DNA of 64,000 bases from Podospora anserina (lineage: Eukaryota), in NCBI GenBank assembly GCA_017654855.1, contig CM030336.1, positions 2,046,001-2,110,000 of the forward strand, read 5' to 3'. The position numbers and the translations under genes were made by a program. Position 1 is the stretch's first letter. Each line of letters starts with the position of its first letter. The notes under the pieces were generated by a model, which was not told where the DNA came from, did no database searches, and saw nothing but the letters and a program-made list of their open reading frames with translations. Positions 47,907-59,624 of this stretch are shown piece by piece.

Positions 47907-50269
47907 ATGGGCCCCAAACGAAATATCAAGGAGACCGAAGGTCTGAGCAGCATCGCACCAGCCACTTCGGACCCGGCATCCCTTCAACAAGCCGCCGGTC
48001 ATCAAGCCGTACCTGTATCAGTCAAGCGTCAGAGAGTGTCGAGAGCTTGTGACCAGTGTCGAGCAGCAAGGGAAAAGTGTGATGGGGTCCAGCCACAATG
48101 CTTCCCTTGTATCTCCCAGACGAGGTCCTGTACCTACAATGTCAGTCCAAAGAAAAGGGGTGTTCAGACAGGCTATATACGCACACTTGAGCTCACTCTT
48201 GGATGGATAATGGAGAACATTGCCGGCGCGGAGGACGCCCTGGGCAATGCTCTGGCTCAGGAGGGCAGCCAGGCGCAAGCAGTCATGACGGGCAAGGCCG
48301 CCACCGCAGCAACTCGCCTTCACAAGAAATGGGGGAGAAGCCGAGTACACAAGGAAATAGAACGGCTCCTTTCTGGCGGTGTCGCGCCCGTCCTTGATTT
48401 GGATGGGCGATCTCCCTCAGTAGACGCAAACGCAAACAACACGGATAGCTCGGTAGACACAGGCAAGAATATTGCTCCGGAGCCGCCAGACCTGCCAACT
48501 CGCAACTCTGCAGCAGGCCCTCACTTGGCAATCACCCCGGAACATACATTAGCAGACACCCAAAGTCCACGAACAATGTTACAGAATTACTCATCCGGAC
48601 CATCATCCAACACGCCCATACCCACTCGAACTCAGTTACCTCCGGAGCATTGGCGGTTATTGGACATCTATTTTTCGTATACACATTGTTGGCTCCCCAT
48701 TCTCGAGAAGCAAGCATTGTTTCAAACCTCGTATCGCTACACAAAAGAAGGTCTTTTGCTGGTTTCAACAGACCCCTCTTCGGCGGCGCATGCTGAGCTT
48801 TGGAGTGTCCTCGCACTGGCGTCCTTTCAGAGTACTACGAGTTCACAGTCTCTTGCTGGTGAGGCTGGGAACACCACCCTTTCACATCATCAGATCTACA
48901 ATACGGCCCGCGGGCTGATCCCCTCAGAATGCGAAAATTTTCAGATCAACCATGCCCGAGCACTTTTGCTTCTAAGCCTTGTCAACATGGCCCGAGAAAA
49001 TCGCACTGATGCATCGCTGTTACTTGGGTTCGCCATCAGGATTCTATTGAACCTGCACTCGAGCGAGGCACCGTCGGCTGGGAACACTACCAACATCGAG
49101 GCAGCACTGATGTCATGTTTCATTTTAGAGACTACTTTGTCTATCGCTTACAAGCAACTGCCTCACTTGCGAGCCGAGGATCTTGCCAGATTTCCTTCCA
49201 TACCAGAAAGTGGGCTGGACCAGTGGTGAGTTGACATCCCAGCAGAAGAGTCCTAGATGGATCGGCTAACATTTCTGGATGCAGGGAGCCATGGTCGCCA
49301 TGTGAAGGCTTTGGGAGCAAGTCGGTCGATTTCCGGTCATCACGGAATCCTGCCTTTTGCGTCACTACGTTCAACCAACTATATGCAATCCTTCTTGTGG
49401 TATCTCAAAGGGTGCTGGCAGAAAGACGGGGGGTTTTCTCAGAGAACCAGAAATCTTCCTTCAGTGCGCAGTTGCAACATGCTATCGAATCCGAGACGCC
49501 ATTTAGGGACTTCATTCTATCCGAAGCCTGCCAGCCTTCCTCGGTTCCAACCGCCTACATTATCCGGATTTTATATCTTTGGGCCATGCTGCGCAATTCC
49601 AGATCTTGCACCGAATCTCTGGTCTCGATGCTGACAGAGACTCTTGAGCATTATGGGAACAGTTTCCACGCTGGCACCATGCCTCCTTTTCTACTCACAA
49701 GCCTCCGTTCCATGGCAAATGAAGATTTTCTGGCAGGTTTCGGAGAACGGGACAGAGAGCGATTAGTGGAGCTTGCACTGCGGTACCCAGCCTCTCGGTC
49801 AACCAACGTTTCAAATATGCCCGGAGCCCATTTCATTCCAGTTCCCATTCACCAATCGATTATAGGACGTGACCACACAGCCAAAGCTCCTTCTTCACTC
49901 GCCTCGATGGTTTCAGGCTCAAGCTTAGCCCCATTGCCAGCCTCAACTCCGAGTCTATATGGGGATGGCCGAAGAATGAGCAATGCTTACGACCAACAAT
50001 TCCAGCATCCCTCTGCCACCGAAAACCTGCAGGGGGGTTTTGGGTCAGTCATGGCTTATGGTGTACCAAACGTCGGCATGGGCATGCATCATTCCCATGC
50101 TTCGTTGGGCTTTGGTGGTCCTGACTACGATGCTCTTCTGGATGATATGGCCGCCACCGACTGCACTGATTCCATCGAGGTTGACCCTCAGTTTATGATC
50201 AATCTGGGATATGGGCCTGGATGCGACACTTCGGAGGTGTTCAGAAACAGATTCGACGGATATGAATAA
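47907..50269 (+). CDS. qa-1F: Quinate pathway Zn(II)2Cys6 activator, 767 aa; exons 47907-49225, 49285-50269
   Basis: KRQRVSRACDQCRAAREKCDG...CFPC...CTY; C-terminal DYDALLDDM...DPQFMINLG acidic domain; divergent from qa-1S. Confidence 0.95.
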
Positions 50270-50697
50270 ACTTGGATCGGAAACGAGGGGTGGAGGGGAA
50301 TAAGAACGAGCAGTCCCATTGAGGATCTTAAGCTCATTCAGAAATTCTAGAGTAGGGCTCATATGAACGCCATCCACACTAGACTCCACGGGACCACTTG
50401 ATTCCTCCTGGGCACTTATTTCACTCGCCACTCCCCAATGCCCGGATGCAAGGCTTCGTGAATTCAAAAACCATGCACGGTGGTCCAGGAAGACAACTCG
50501 TCCAAGCCAGAGCGGGCCCATAAATATTACCATACAACACGTCGCCGTTAAGAACTGCAACCGCCTGGGCCCAATTAAGATCACAACAAAGTCCGAATGA
50601 TAGCTAAATACAATGAAACCAAATCTTATATACAATACCATGCCTGTCTGTTATTTTTAACAACGCATAATCTTATCATCATACAATAGGCTTCAGC

Positions 50698-51856
50698 CTA
50701 CGCATTCGACAGCTCCGCTAGCCTGGCAGCAATAGCCTCCTTGACCTGAGCAACAGGAAGCTCGCTGGCGTCAAGACCAGTCCAATATTTATCCTGGTTC
50801 ACTTGCGTCAGCCAAAACGAAAACATCAGTACGGAGCGGGACAGTCCTACCTGCTCAATCCCTTGCCAGATCATGGCCTCTGTTCCCAAAATAACCTGCC
50901 ATCCTTCCTTCTCCGCGATGGCGCCAAGCGCAGTAAAAGGACTTGGGTTGTAACACATCTCCAACATTGCCCCCTTATGGTCCTTCCCCAGCATCACCTC
51001 AATGATCTTCCTCACCGTCTTCTCACTCTCCGTTACGGGGGCGAAATCAGGGATACACGCCACGATCGCTCCAGGGCCCTCGAGCCGCTCGGCTTGTTCC
51101 ACACTCTCGACATATACCAACTTATCACCATACCCACGTTCTTTGCACTCTTTCATGACGGCCTCCACTTCACTGGGGTCTCGGTTGACAAGGTAGATCT
51201 TGGTGGCTTGGAGATACTTGTGCAGAGCATACACGGCCGATCTGGCAGCGCCACCTCCACCGACAACCATGGCGGGGCGGTTCTCATACACATCGGCATT
51301 GGGAACGTTTTGGACAAAGGACTCGCGAACACCGATCACGTCGGTGTTGGCTCCGCACAGGAGACGACGGCCCGGGGTGTTGGGGTCGTCACGGAGGAAA
51401 AGAGTGTTGCAGGCACCGACGTCACGGCACTCGGGTGTGAGGTAGTCGAGGTGAGGGATGATAGCCACCTTGTTTGGCATGGTTACCGATGCGCCTGGGA
51501 GATAAGGGGCGTCAGTGAGATGGGACGATGGGGTCTGGGATCGGTGGGTGGCACGGAAAGTGCGGGCCAGGTGCTGATCATGATTGGGATGACGAACCGT
51601 AGAACTTTGGGTCTTGGACAAGGTTCAGGAACAAGTCCATGTCGTCCGAATCGAGACGCAACTGGCCCCAGTTCAGGCCGAGACCCTGGTAGACTACATC
51701 GTGAAGCAGCGGGGACATAGATGCTGCCAGCTTTTTGCCGAAGAGGAAGCCATGTTTGGTGAGATTTTGAATACGGGGGTCGAAGGACAGTTGGAGAGCT
51801 GGGGCCTGTTGCTGCAACAGCGGTGGTGTAATGGTTACTGTGGTTGTGGTTGTCAT
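50698..51856 (-). CDS. qa-3: Quinate/shikimate dehydrogenase; exons 51856-51598, 51494-50851, 50793-50698
   Basis: [25 protein letters not shown] and GGGGAARSA motifs; two canonical introns. Confidence 0.93.
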
Positions 51857-52407
51857 CTTGATAATGCGGCCCTGTCTTGCGTTACACTAGGCTCGGAAAG
51901 AGGCGGTATGCAGGCGCAATGCAAAGTCGTTCCAGAAGCTCAATGTGTGATTGGATACTTGGAGGCGGCGTAAGAGCAGCGGTTCGGTCGTAGGCTCAGT
52001 AAGAGGAGGCGGTGACACGGGCGTGATGTTTACTCAAGATAAAGATAGAAATGGACTTGGTGTTGAGGTACTTATTAAGAGGATACGCCTTGGATAGATA
52101 GGGAGTGAACTACGACGGTGGGATCTACAATCACGGAACGACATTTACCCCAGAGTCTTGATGAAGCCTTCGGGTTCTGGGCTTAGCATCCTGCATAACA
52201 ACCACGGCCATACCGGTATGTTTTCTTGTCTCCGCGATCGGTGGAGCACACTCGGGTAGTGGTGGGCAACGGACCCAGGACGGTGGAAAGCCGATTCCCT
52301 ACCTTGCGGCAATTGGCAATGGGATGGTGGTCGTGGTGGTGCAAGGTGGGTGGCACAAGAAAATGCATCTGAGCATGAGCGGTGCATTTTCATCCAAAGG
52401 CCAGGCA

Positions 52408-52423
52408 GCGTAAAGATTTATCC
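52408..52423. promoter_or_regulatory. Probable QA-1F site in the qa-3/qa-4 divergent promoter
   Basis: GCGTAAAGATTTATCC is near-consensus; a weaker variant GGAACGACATTTACCC lies at 52135-52150. Confidence 0.6.
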
Positions 52424-53479
52424 CTTCGTTAGGAGTGGCCAACTAACGTCTAGCCCCGCAGACTCCACACTTGACGTCGGTTCGTTCCCATTGGCCGGGT
52501 CCAGCTTGTAAGTGCTTGTGACTCGGTGAATTCACACGAGCATCCACGGGGCAGTGGTTGCTGCTCAATGATTCAACACCGGGCGCTCACACGCTCTGTT
52601 TGTGAACGGCTTGGAGCGGGAAGAAGCATCATCCATCTTCCCTATCACCAGGGCCTCAACGCGGACGAGCTCCGGCATTCCGCTACTTCTCGCTTACCTT
52701 CGGCCCGGACGCCAACCTGGGCCTTTGCTTCTGCGGCTGCACAATGCCTGCTCGCTGCTCACACAAACGGGAGGGATTACACGTATCTCCCAGCACTGTG
52801 CCATCCTAGCCACTCTGTACACCGCTGAACGCCCCCGGTCAGGCTGCCGTGGATGTGATTCTCACCTCCTCTTGCACTTTGCCCGTCAGTTGCTTTTCCA
52901 CCACCTTGACTTGACAAGTTGACAGTTGACAGCGCTGTGTCATGATCTGCACTCGGCACATCACGCCCGTCACTCACCGTGCAGCCTGACTCCATGTCTC
53001 GCGGTAGCCTCTGCCGGGATCGAGCAGTCGACGTGAGACAAACAAGATTCGCAAAAGAAAGCCCCCGGGGAGTCTTCCCGAGAGAAAAAGTTTTCTGATT
53101 CAACAGGTAGGACACGGACGGAATGGACCTGCCACGCAAGTTAGCCCCTTATCGCATTCCTTATTTTGACTAGGACCTCAATGGGCTCATCTGAAGTCGA
53201 CATGATGTGAAAACTCGGGCTCGATGGGGCAGCGTCATCAGAGAGGGCCAAGGCCCATATTTTTATCCCCTCCTGTTTCTTCCATGAGGGGTATTAATAC
53301 GCTCCTCATCTCCCTCGTTCTCTTCCTCCACCGCTCCTGTCCATTCCAGTCATGACATTTTAATTTTCTGTCTCAGATATTGTCTATATATTCGTCTTCT
53401 ACCTACTACACCAGCACTCAAACCATCACAATTGTTGACATTACCCCTTTATCAGACATCATCAAAGCAGCCTGACAGG

Positions 53480-54583
53480 ATGCCTTCCAAACTCGCCATC
53501 ACTTCCATGTCACTTGGCCGGTGTTATGCCGGCCACTCCTTCACCACTAAGCTCGATATGGCCCGGAAATATGGCTATCAAGGCCTAGAGCTCTTCCACG
53601 AGGACTTGGCTGATGTAGCCTATCGTCTCTCCGGAGAGACCCCTTCCCCATGTGGCCCGTCCCCAGCAGCCCAGTTCTCGGCTGCCCGTCAAATCCTCCG
53701 CATGTGCCAAGTCAGAAACATTGAAATCGTCTGCCTCCAGCCCTTCAGCCAGTACGACGGCCTACTCGACCGCGAGGAGCACGAGCGCCGTCTGGAGCAG
53801 CTCGAGTTCTGGATCGAGCTCGCCCACGAGCTTGACACAGACATTATCCAAATCCCCGCCAACTTTCTCCCCGCCGAGGAAGTAACTGAGGACATTTCGC
53901 TCATCGTCTCGGACCTTCAAGAAGTGGCCGACATGGGCCTGCAGGCCAACCCACCCATCCGCTTTGTCTACGAGGCTCTGTGCTGGAGCACTCGTGTCGA
54001 CACTTGGGAGCGTAGCTGGGAGGTGGTGCAGAGGGTGAACAGGCCCAACTTTGGCGTGTGCCTGGACACTTTCAACATTGCGGGGCGGGTATATGCTGAT
54101 CCGACGGTTGCCTCTGGCCGCACCCCCAACGCGGAGGAAGCGATACGGAAGTCGATTGCGCGTCTCGTTGAAAGGGTCGATGTCAGCAAGGTCTTTTATG
54201 TGCAGGTTGTGGACGCTGAGAAGTTGAAGAAGCCGCTGGTGCCGGGTCATCGGTTTTATGACCCGGAGCAGCCGGCGAGGATGAGCTGGTCAAGGAACTG
54301 CAGGTTATTCTACGGGGAGAAGGACAGAGGGGCGTATTTGCCCGTCAAGGAGATTGCCTGGGCCTTCTTCAACGGGCTCGGATTCGAGGGTTGGGTCAGT
54401 CTGGAGCTCTTCAACAGAAGAATGTCGGACACAGGCTTTGGGGTGCCCGAGGAGCTGGCCAGGAGAGGGGCCGTGTCGTGGGCAAAGCTGGTGAGGGACA
54501 TGAAGATCACTGTTGATTCACCAACACAACAACAAGCCACACAGCAGCCCATCAGGATGCTGTCGCTGTCAGCGGCTTTGTAA
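53480..54583 (+). CDS. qa-4: 3-dehydroshikimate dehydratase, 367 aa, intronless
   Basis: MPSKLAITSMSLGR, YEALCWST, CLDTFN, PARMSWSRNCRLFYGE and WVSLELF motifs of QA-4/QutC. Confidence 0.96.
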   Translation: MPSKLAITSMSLGRCYAGHSFTTKLDMARKYGYQGLELFHEDLADVAYRLSGETPSPCGPSPAAQFSAARQILRMCQVRNIEIVCLQPFSQYDGLLDREEHERRLEQLEFWIELAHELDTDIIQIPANFLPAEEVTEDISLIVSDLQEVADMGLQANPPIRFVYEALCWSTRVDTWERSWEVVQRVNRPNFGVCLDTFNIAGRVYADPTVASGRTPNAEEAIRKSIARLVERVDVSKVFYVQVVDAEKLKKPLVPGHRFYDPEQPARMSWSRNCRLFYGEKDRGAYLPVKEIAWAFFNGLGFEGWVSLELFNRRMSDTGFGVPEELARRGAVSWAKLVRDMKITVDSPTQQQATQQPIRMLSLSAAL

Positions 54584-54746
54584 CTAGTTTTTTAGAATAG
54601 CATCTACCGGCGTTTTGGGTTTGGAGAGGTGGCGATCTGCTGGAGTAGACAAAGACGGTTTCAAACGTGAATCTATATACAGAAAAGTTTTGTTCCATTA
54701 TCTCTGAGCAGTTCTCTTCCGCCCTCTTATCCGACACATAAACGCC

Positions 54747-55235
54747 TTATTCTCCCTCGATCTTCAGGTGTTTCGCCGCAAACTCTATCGCAGCACTGTA
54801 TCCGTATGCTCCCATCCCACAAATTACAGCCACGGCTTTGTCACTCAAGTAGCTATGCGCCCGGAAAGTCTCTCTTGCGTGGACATTAGATACATGAAGT
54901 TCAACAAAAGGGATCGCCACCGCTGCGAGCGCATCACGAACAGCAACACTCGTATGTGTCAGAGCCCCGGCATTGATGATGATGGCGGACACTCTCTTTC
55001 CCGGTGTGTCGGTTTCTCGCACGTTTGGTCCCCAACCTGCAGTCTCTTGAATGCGGTCAACGATGGCGCCCTCGTGATTAGACTGGAATGTGTCAATCTC
55101 GACGCCCAGTTCGTGGGCTTGTTGGCGTGCTTGAGTTTCAATATCTTCGAGAGTGGTTGAGCCGTAAATATGAGGTTCTCGTTTGCCCAAGAGATTCAAG
55201 TTGGGGCCGTTGATGAGCAGGACGCGACGTGACAT
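54747..55235 (-). CDS. qa-2: Catabolic type II 3-dehydroquinate dehydratase
   Basis: [31 protein letters not shown] and [11 protein letters not shown] signatures. Confidence 0.97.
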   Translation of the reverse strand: MSRRVLLINGPNLNLLGKREPHIYGSTTLEDIETQARQQAHELGVEIDTFQSNHEGAIVDRIQETAGWGPNVRETDTPGKRVSAIIINAGALTHTSVAVRDALAAVAIPFVELHVSNVHARETFRAHSYLSDKAVAVICGMGAYGYSAAIEFAAKHLKIEGE

Positions 55236-55675
55236 GGTGATTATGTGCGGCTGGCGGTGTGTGAGGATGATGTACTTGGTTCAAAGCCAATTCAGGGGTT
55301 CAGGAGAAAGATAGAGTTCGGGCAGTAAAGACGTCCAGGGTTGCCATCAGACAAGGCATCTATGACACCAGAGGTGACTTCATATATATTTTACGTGCAT
55401 GTACCAACCCAATTACCGTATCTCATCTTCGCGAGCCTGCTGATGTCTTTTCCCAATGCTCCAGCAACGGTCAGGAGGAGTGCGGGCTCTTCCTGTCTCC
55501 GTGCTGAGACCACCGGTACACAACACACTCGAAAGCACTTTGCCGTTGGTTCACGGAAATACAAACTGTAATACTGGCTAATGATTCTCCCCCAGGTGTG
55601 AGGTCGTCAGCATGAGGAGTGTAAACTCGATCCGAGGCTTTGTGCCAAGCCAACGATGGAGGATCCACAGCTGAC

Positions 55676-55691
55676 GGGTAAACACTTATCC
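55676..55691. promoter_or_regulatory. QA-1F binding site in the qa-2/qa-x divergent promoter
   Basis: GGGTAAACACTTATCC is a perfect match to GGRTAARYRYTTAYCC. Confidence 0.85.
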
Positions 55692-56156
55692 AACAATTAC
55701 CCCCCCGGAACCCTTGTGGCCACCACTTCGGCTCAGACAGCGGGAGACCAGTGCGGAATTCATTCCACTGTCTATCACCGAGGAGCGTTATTCGGATCTC
55801 TGGAAAGCAGATCAACTCGCGGGGTAATATATCGGGGTATTGGGCTGCATACATACACAGGCAAGAAATGGAGAATAGGTAGTGTAGGCCCCGTCTCAAA
55901 ATCCGGGGAAGCTACAGGGGTCTTCCACTTTGGAACCCCTTGACCGATCAGAAAGTACGTCACAGCATGGGGGACTGTGGATATTCTTCTCGGCTTGATG
56001 CGGTTCATGTTTGATGGGGCGGAATCTGTACAGGAGGGCCCAGTTGCTGCTCTGAAGTGTTTTGCGCCGTTGTGACTGTAGGATTCTTCCTCGACTTGTT
56101 TCTGTTTTGCATTCTCTGGACCTCGCTTCAGAAAAAAACAAGATAGACAATTCAAC

Positions 56157-57390
56157 ATGACGCCGGTAATGCTCACCGAGCAGGAGCTCGATGAGATTTA
56201 CACCTTTGCTGTCCAGCTTGGCAAAGATGCAGGCAAAATGCTTCTCGAGGCTGCCCAGCTGAGATTTACTGGCACTCAAACAGCCGATTTGGAGGTTGAG
56301 GAGAAGGATAGTTCGGTAGATATCGTAACCAAGACAGACGAAGGTGTGTGTGTTTTGGTGAGCTAGGCAGTCCATGAGCACAGAACTGACCTCATCAGAT
56401 GTTGAAGCCTTCATCAAATCTTCCATTGAGGCGAAATACCCCCACCACAAGTATGTTCACAGAGCCAGTCCGTTTGCCTGAGGCGTCTAACGTTCTGCTG
56501 GCAGGTTTATCGGCGAAGAGACATACTCCAAAGGCGCGTCCCGCTCCTACCTGGTCTCCGAAACCACACCCAGCTGGTGTGTCGACCCACTAGATGGAAC
56601 GGTCAACTATACGCACCTCTTCCCCATGTTTTGCGTCTCTATCGGCTTCATCGTCGCCGGTAGGCCCACCATTGGCGTAGTCTATGCGCCATTCCTTAAC
56701 CAGCTTTTTACCTCTTGCCGGGGCAGAGGTGCTTGGCTTAACGAAACCCAGCGGCTTCCCCTGATTAGGAACCCAATACCACCCATGCCAGCGGACGCTC
56801 CAAGTGGCTGTGTTTTCTCGTGCGAATGGGGCAAAGACAGAAAAGACAGACCCGACGGCAACCTCTACAGAAAGGTGGAAAGTTTTGTGAACATGGCAGC
56901 GGAAGTGGGAGGAAGAGGAGGAAAGGGTGGCATGGTGCACGGCATCAGGAGTCTAGGGAGCGCAACCATGGACCTCGCCTACACGGCCATGGGGGCGTTC
57001 GATATCTGGTGGGAGGGCGGATGCTGGGAGTGGTAAGTTTCTGTTCCAAGACTTGTGTGGTTGAACCTGGGCGCTGACAGCATGGACAAGGGATGTGGCG
57101 GCCGGTGTTGCTATCCTCCAGGAAGCTGGTGGGCTAGTCACGAGCGCCAACCCACCCAAGGATATAGAGACGGCAGAAATACAGGAAGTGAAGCTGGGAA
57201 GCAGACTGTATCTTGCTATACGGTATGGAATCACACCTGAACTTTTGTCCTTTGGCATCCCGACAAGCTAACACAACACAGGCCAGCAGGGCCAAGCAAG
57301 ACCGAGACGGGGAGGGAGGGGCAGGAACGGACTGTTCGAGAAGTATGGCGACGTGTGAAAGCATTGGAGTATGCAAGGCCGGGAGCGTGA
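56157..57390 (+). CDS. qa-x: Inositol monophosphatase-family QA-X/QutG; exons 56157-56343, 56399-56450, 56505-57032, 57091-57222, 57282-57390
   Basis: Spliced product has DIVTKTD, FIGEE, WCVDPLDGTVNY and WEWDVAAG motifs; divergent from qa-2. Confidence 0.93.
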
Positions 57391-57845
57391 ACCTGGCAGT
57401 AGATATAATAAACACGAAACTATAATTATTGCCACAAATATAGATGGGCTGAGTGGTATTTATCTCTGATGCTGAGGTGTACCAACAACCTCGACCAGGT
57501 ATGGTCCCAGACCTGGTTCTTATCCTACGTGGGAGTCGAACATGTGGAGGGAGTGAAGAAACTACGCTATGAAGCCCACGCCCACCTTTTTCATATCGGT
57601 TTCATTGGAAGCATTTGGTGCCAGAGCACCACGGATTGCAACCCAGGCCGCCCTTCGGCTTACTGACCATTGGCGGACCACTCAAATTCAAGTTCGAGAC
57701 AAAAGAGCTCGAGGGAGTGCACCCTGTCCAAAAAGTTAACGGCAGCTGCTGTAACAATGTGTCAGTCCTGGCGCAGCTCTGGTAGTAAAATGGCCAGTCC
57801 TTGTTGGTTTCCCTGATCATACAAACTACCTGAAGTAGTTGTCCA

Positions 57846-59170
57846 TCAGTCTAAGCCCGGGAAAGCCACACTCCTCGCCTGGTTACCCTTTCCCTTTTTC
57901 TGCTTCTTGTTGGATGATTTTTGCGGGCGTTCGTCCTCACTGTCATCGTCAGAGTCAGAATCGCTCCGGGCCGGTCTCTTGAAGCCAGTGGCTTCCGCCT
58001 CCTCCTCTTCCTCTTCGTCAAGGTCGTCGTCTCCAGATTCAGCCCAAACCTTGACCGTTCTGCCGCCGCCACTAATAAGCCTGTTCTGGTAGTCAAAGGT
58101 TAAGGCAGAGACCCCCTCGACCTCATCGTGTTTGAGCACAAACTGCACCTCGCGTCTCTTGAGGTCGACAATACTCAGGCTACCATCACCAACACCAACG
58201 ATGACCTTTTTGCCCCAGCCAAGCTCGTCGGGAACGCGAACAATGGCATCCAGACTCTCGCCGTCCTTTTTAGTCCGGCCACCAGCAACGTTGATACGCT
58301 CCTGCTGATCGTCCCAGGCGCCGCGGTCCCACAGCGTCAAGATTCCATTACCGGTGCCAACTGCCACCACAGCATTGCTACGCATCTTCTTAGGCCCAAG
58401 ACCGGTCGGGATGATGGTGGAGCAGAGCAGTTCGTCTTCTTGGTCTTCTGAAGTCGCGACAATTCCGTGCCTAAGGTCGGTGACGGCAAGCGTGGTGCCT
58501 CCGGTGGAGACCCACTGTTTGGGAAACCCAGAGGTGCTCTCAGCCGAGGCAGGCAAAGGAGTAATGCTGGAGATGTAATCGGCGTGCGGCACATGCTTTC
58601 GCACTGGCTTAGGATTCAGGCTACCGTTTTCGCGCAAGTCGAAGATGTAGAGGCCGCCAGAGTCAGTACCGAGAAGGAGGGTCTGAGGCGACAGGACATG
58701 GAGGATGGCAGGGCAATCGGTCGTGCTTGTCGCGCTGTTGCGGGGAGGGAGGCCAATCTTGGAGATGACATTGCCGGTCTCGGGCGAGAAGTGCTTGACC
58801 ACGGAGTCGGTGCCGGCAGAGTACATGGCTGGTCGCAACGAAGCAAACAGTCAGTCTTGAACCAAAAACACAGAGGCAAAGTTCGACTGGCTGAAGGAAG
58901 AGGAAACTGACCTGAGCCATCATGGCTGTATGCGAGATGCCGGCAGCTGCCCTTGTGGCGGCGGGTGCTCCAGATACTCTTAATCATACCGCGTCCGCTG
59001 CTGGTGCTGGTCCGGCGGCCGCTTTCATCCTCCTCGTCGTCATCGTTCGGCAGGCGAAAGGTCTCAACTTTGCCGCTGGCCAGGCCGACTGTGAGCAGCG
59101 GCTCGGACGGGTGCAAGACCTGAGTAAACAGATCCGCTGAGAGCGGAAGAGTGCAGAGGTTTTCCAGCAT
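57846..59170 (-). CDS. JIP5: WD40 protein Jip5/WDR55 (ribosome biogenesis); exons 59170-58912, 58828-57846
   Basis: [19 protein letters not shown] and SEDQEDELL motifs; acidic/basic tail ending FPGLD. Confidence 0.85.
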
Positions 59171-59624
59171 GGTATGGGAGATAGTGTGCTAAGGTGTGAT
59201 CCTCACAGTCGCAAAAACAATGCGGAACTTGGATGCCATCGCGACCTTTTTGAAGCAGCCAATCGCGAAAAATTTGGAGCTCCGGGGGTGGCTTTAGTAA
59301 ACACTGGCTTGGCATTCTGTGTGGAGTCTGGGGTTCAGTGGGGGTCCAAAGCAAGCACAGACCAGTTTGTGACATGAGGAGGGGGGCTGTTGATTTCGTC
59401 ACTGCTGTCCTGGACCAAGTTTCCCTCTTTGCCTTTCCGCCTCTCATCCAACGACCAGTAGCTGCTGTCCCACGCGGCACATGAAGCATATATGGGAAAG
59501 ATAACCTACCTCTAGCTAGCAATGTAGTATCTTCCCCAATACAACACCTGCCTCGTTCTCTCAATATCACCTTCCATCCCAGTCGCCAACTCCAGTTCCA
59601 GAACTGAGAAAGAACGTGGGCAAA

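Noticed and set aside
54569-54583. QA-4 C-terminal AAL as a peroxisomal PTS1
   Set aside because: Lacks the basic residue at position -2
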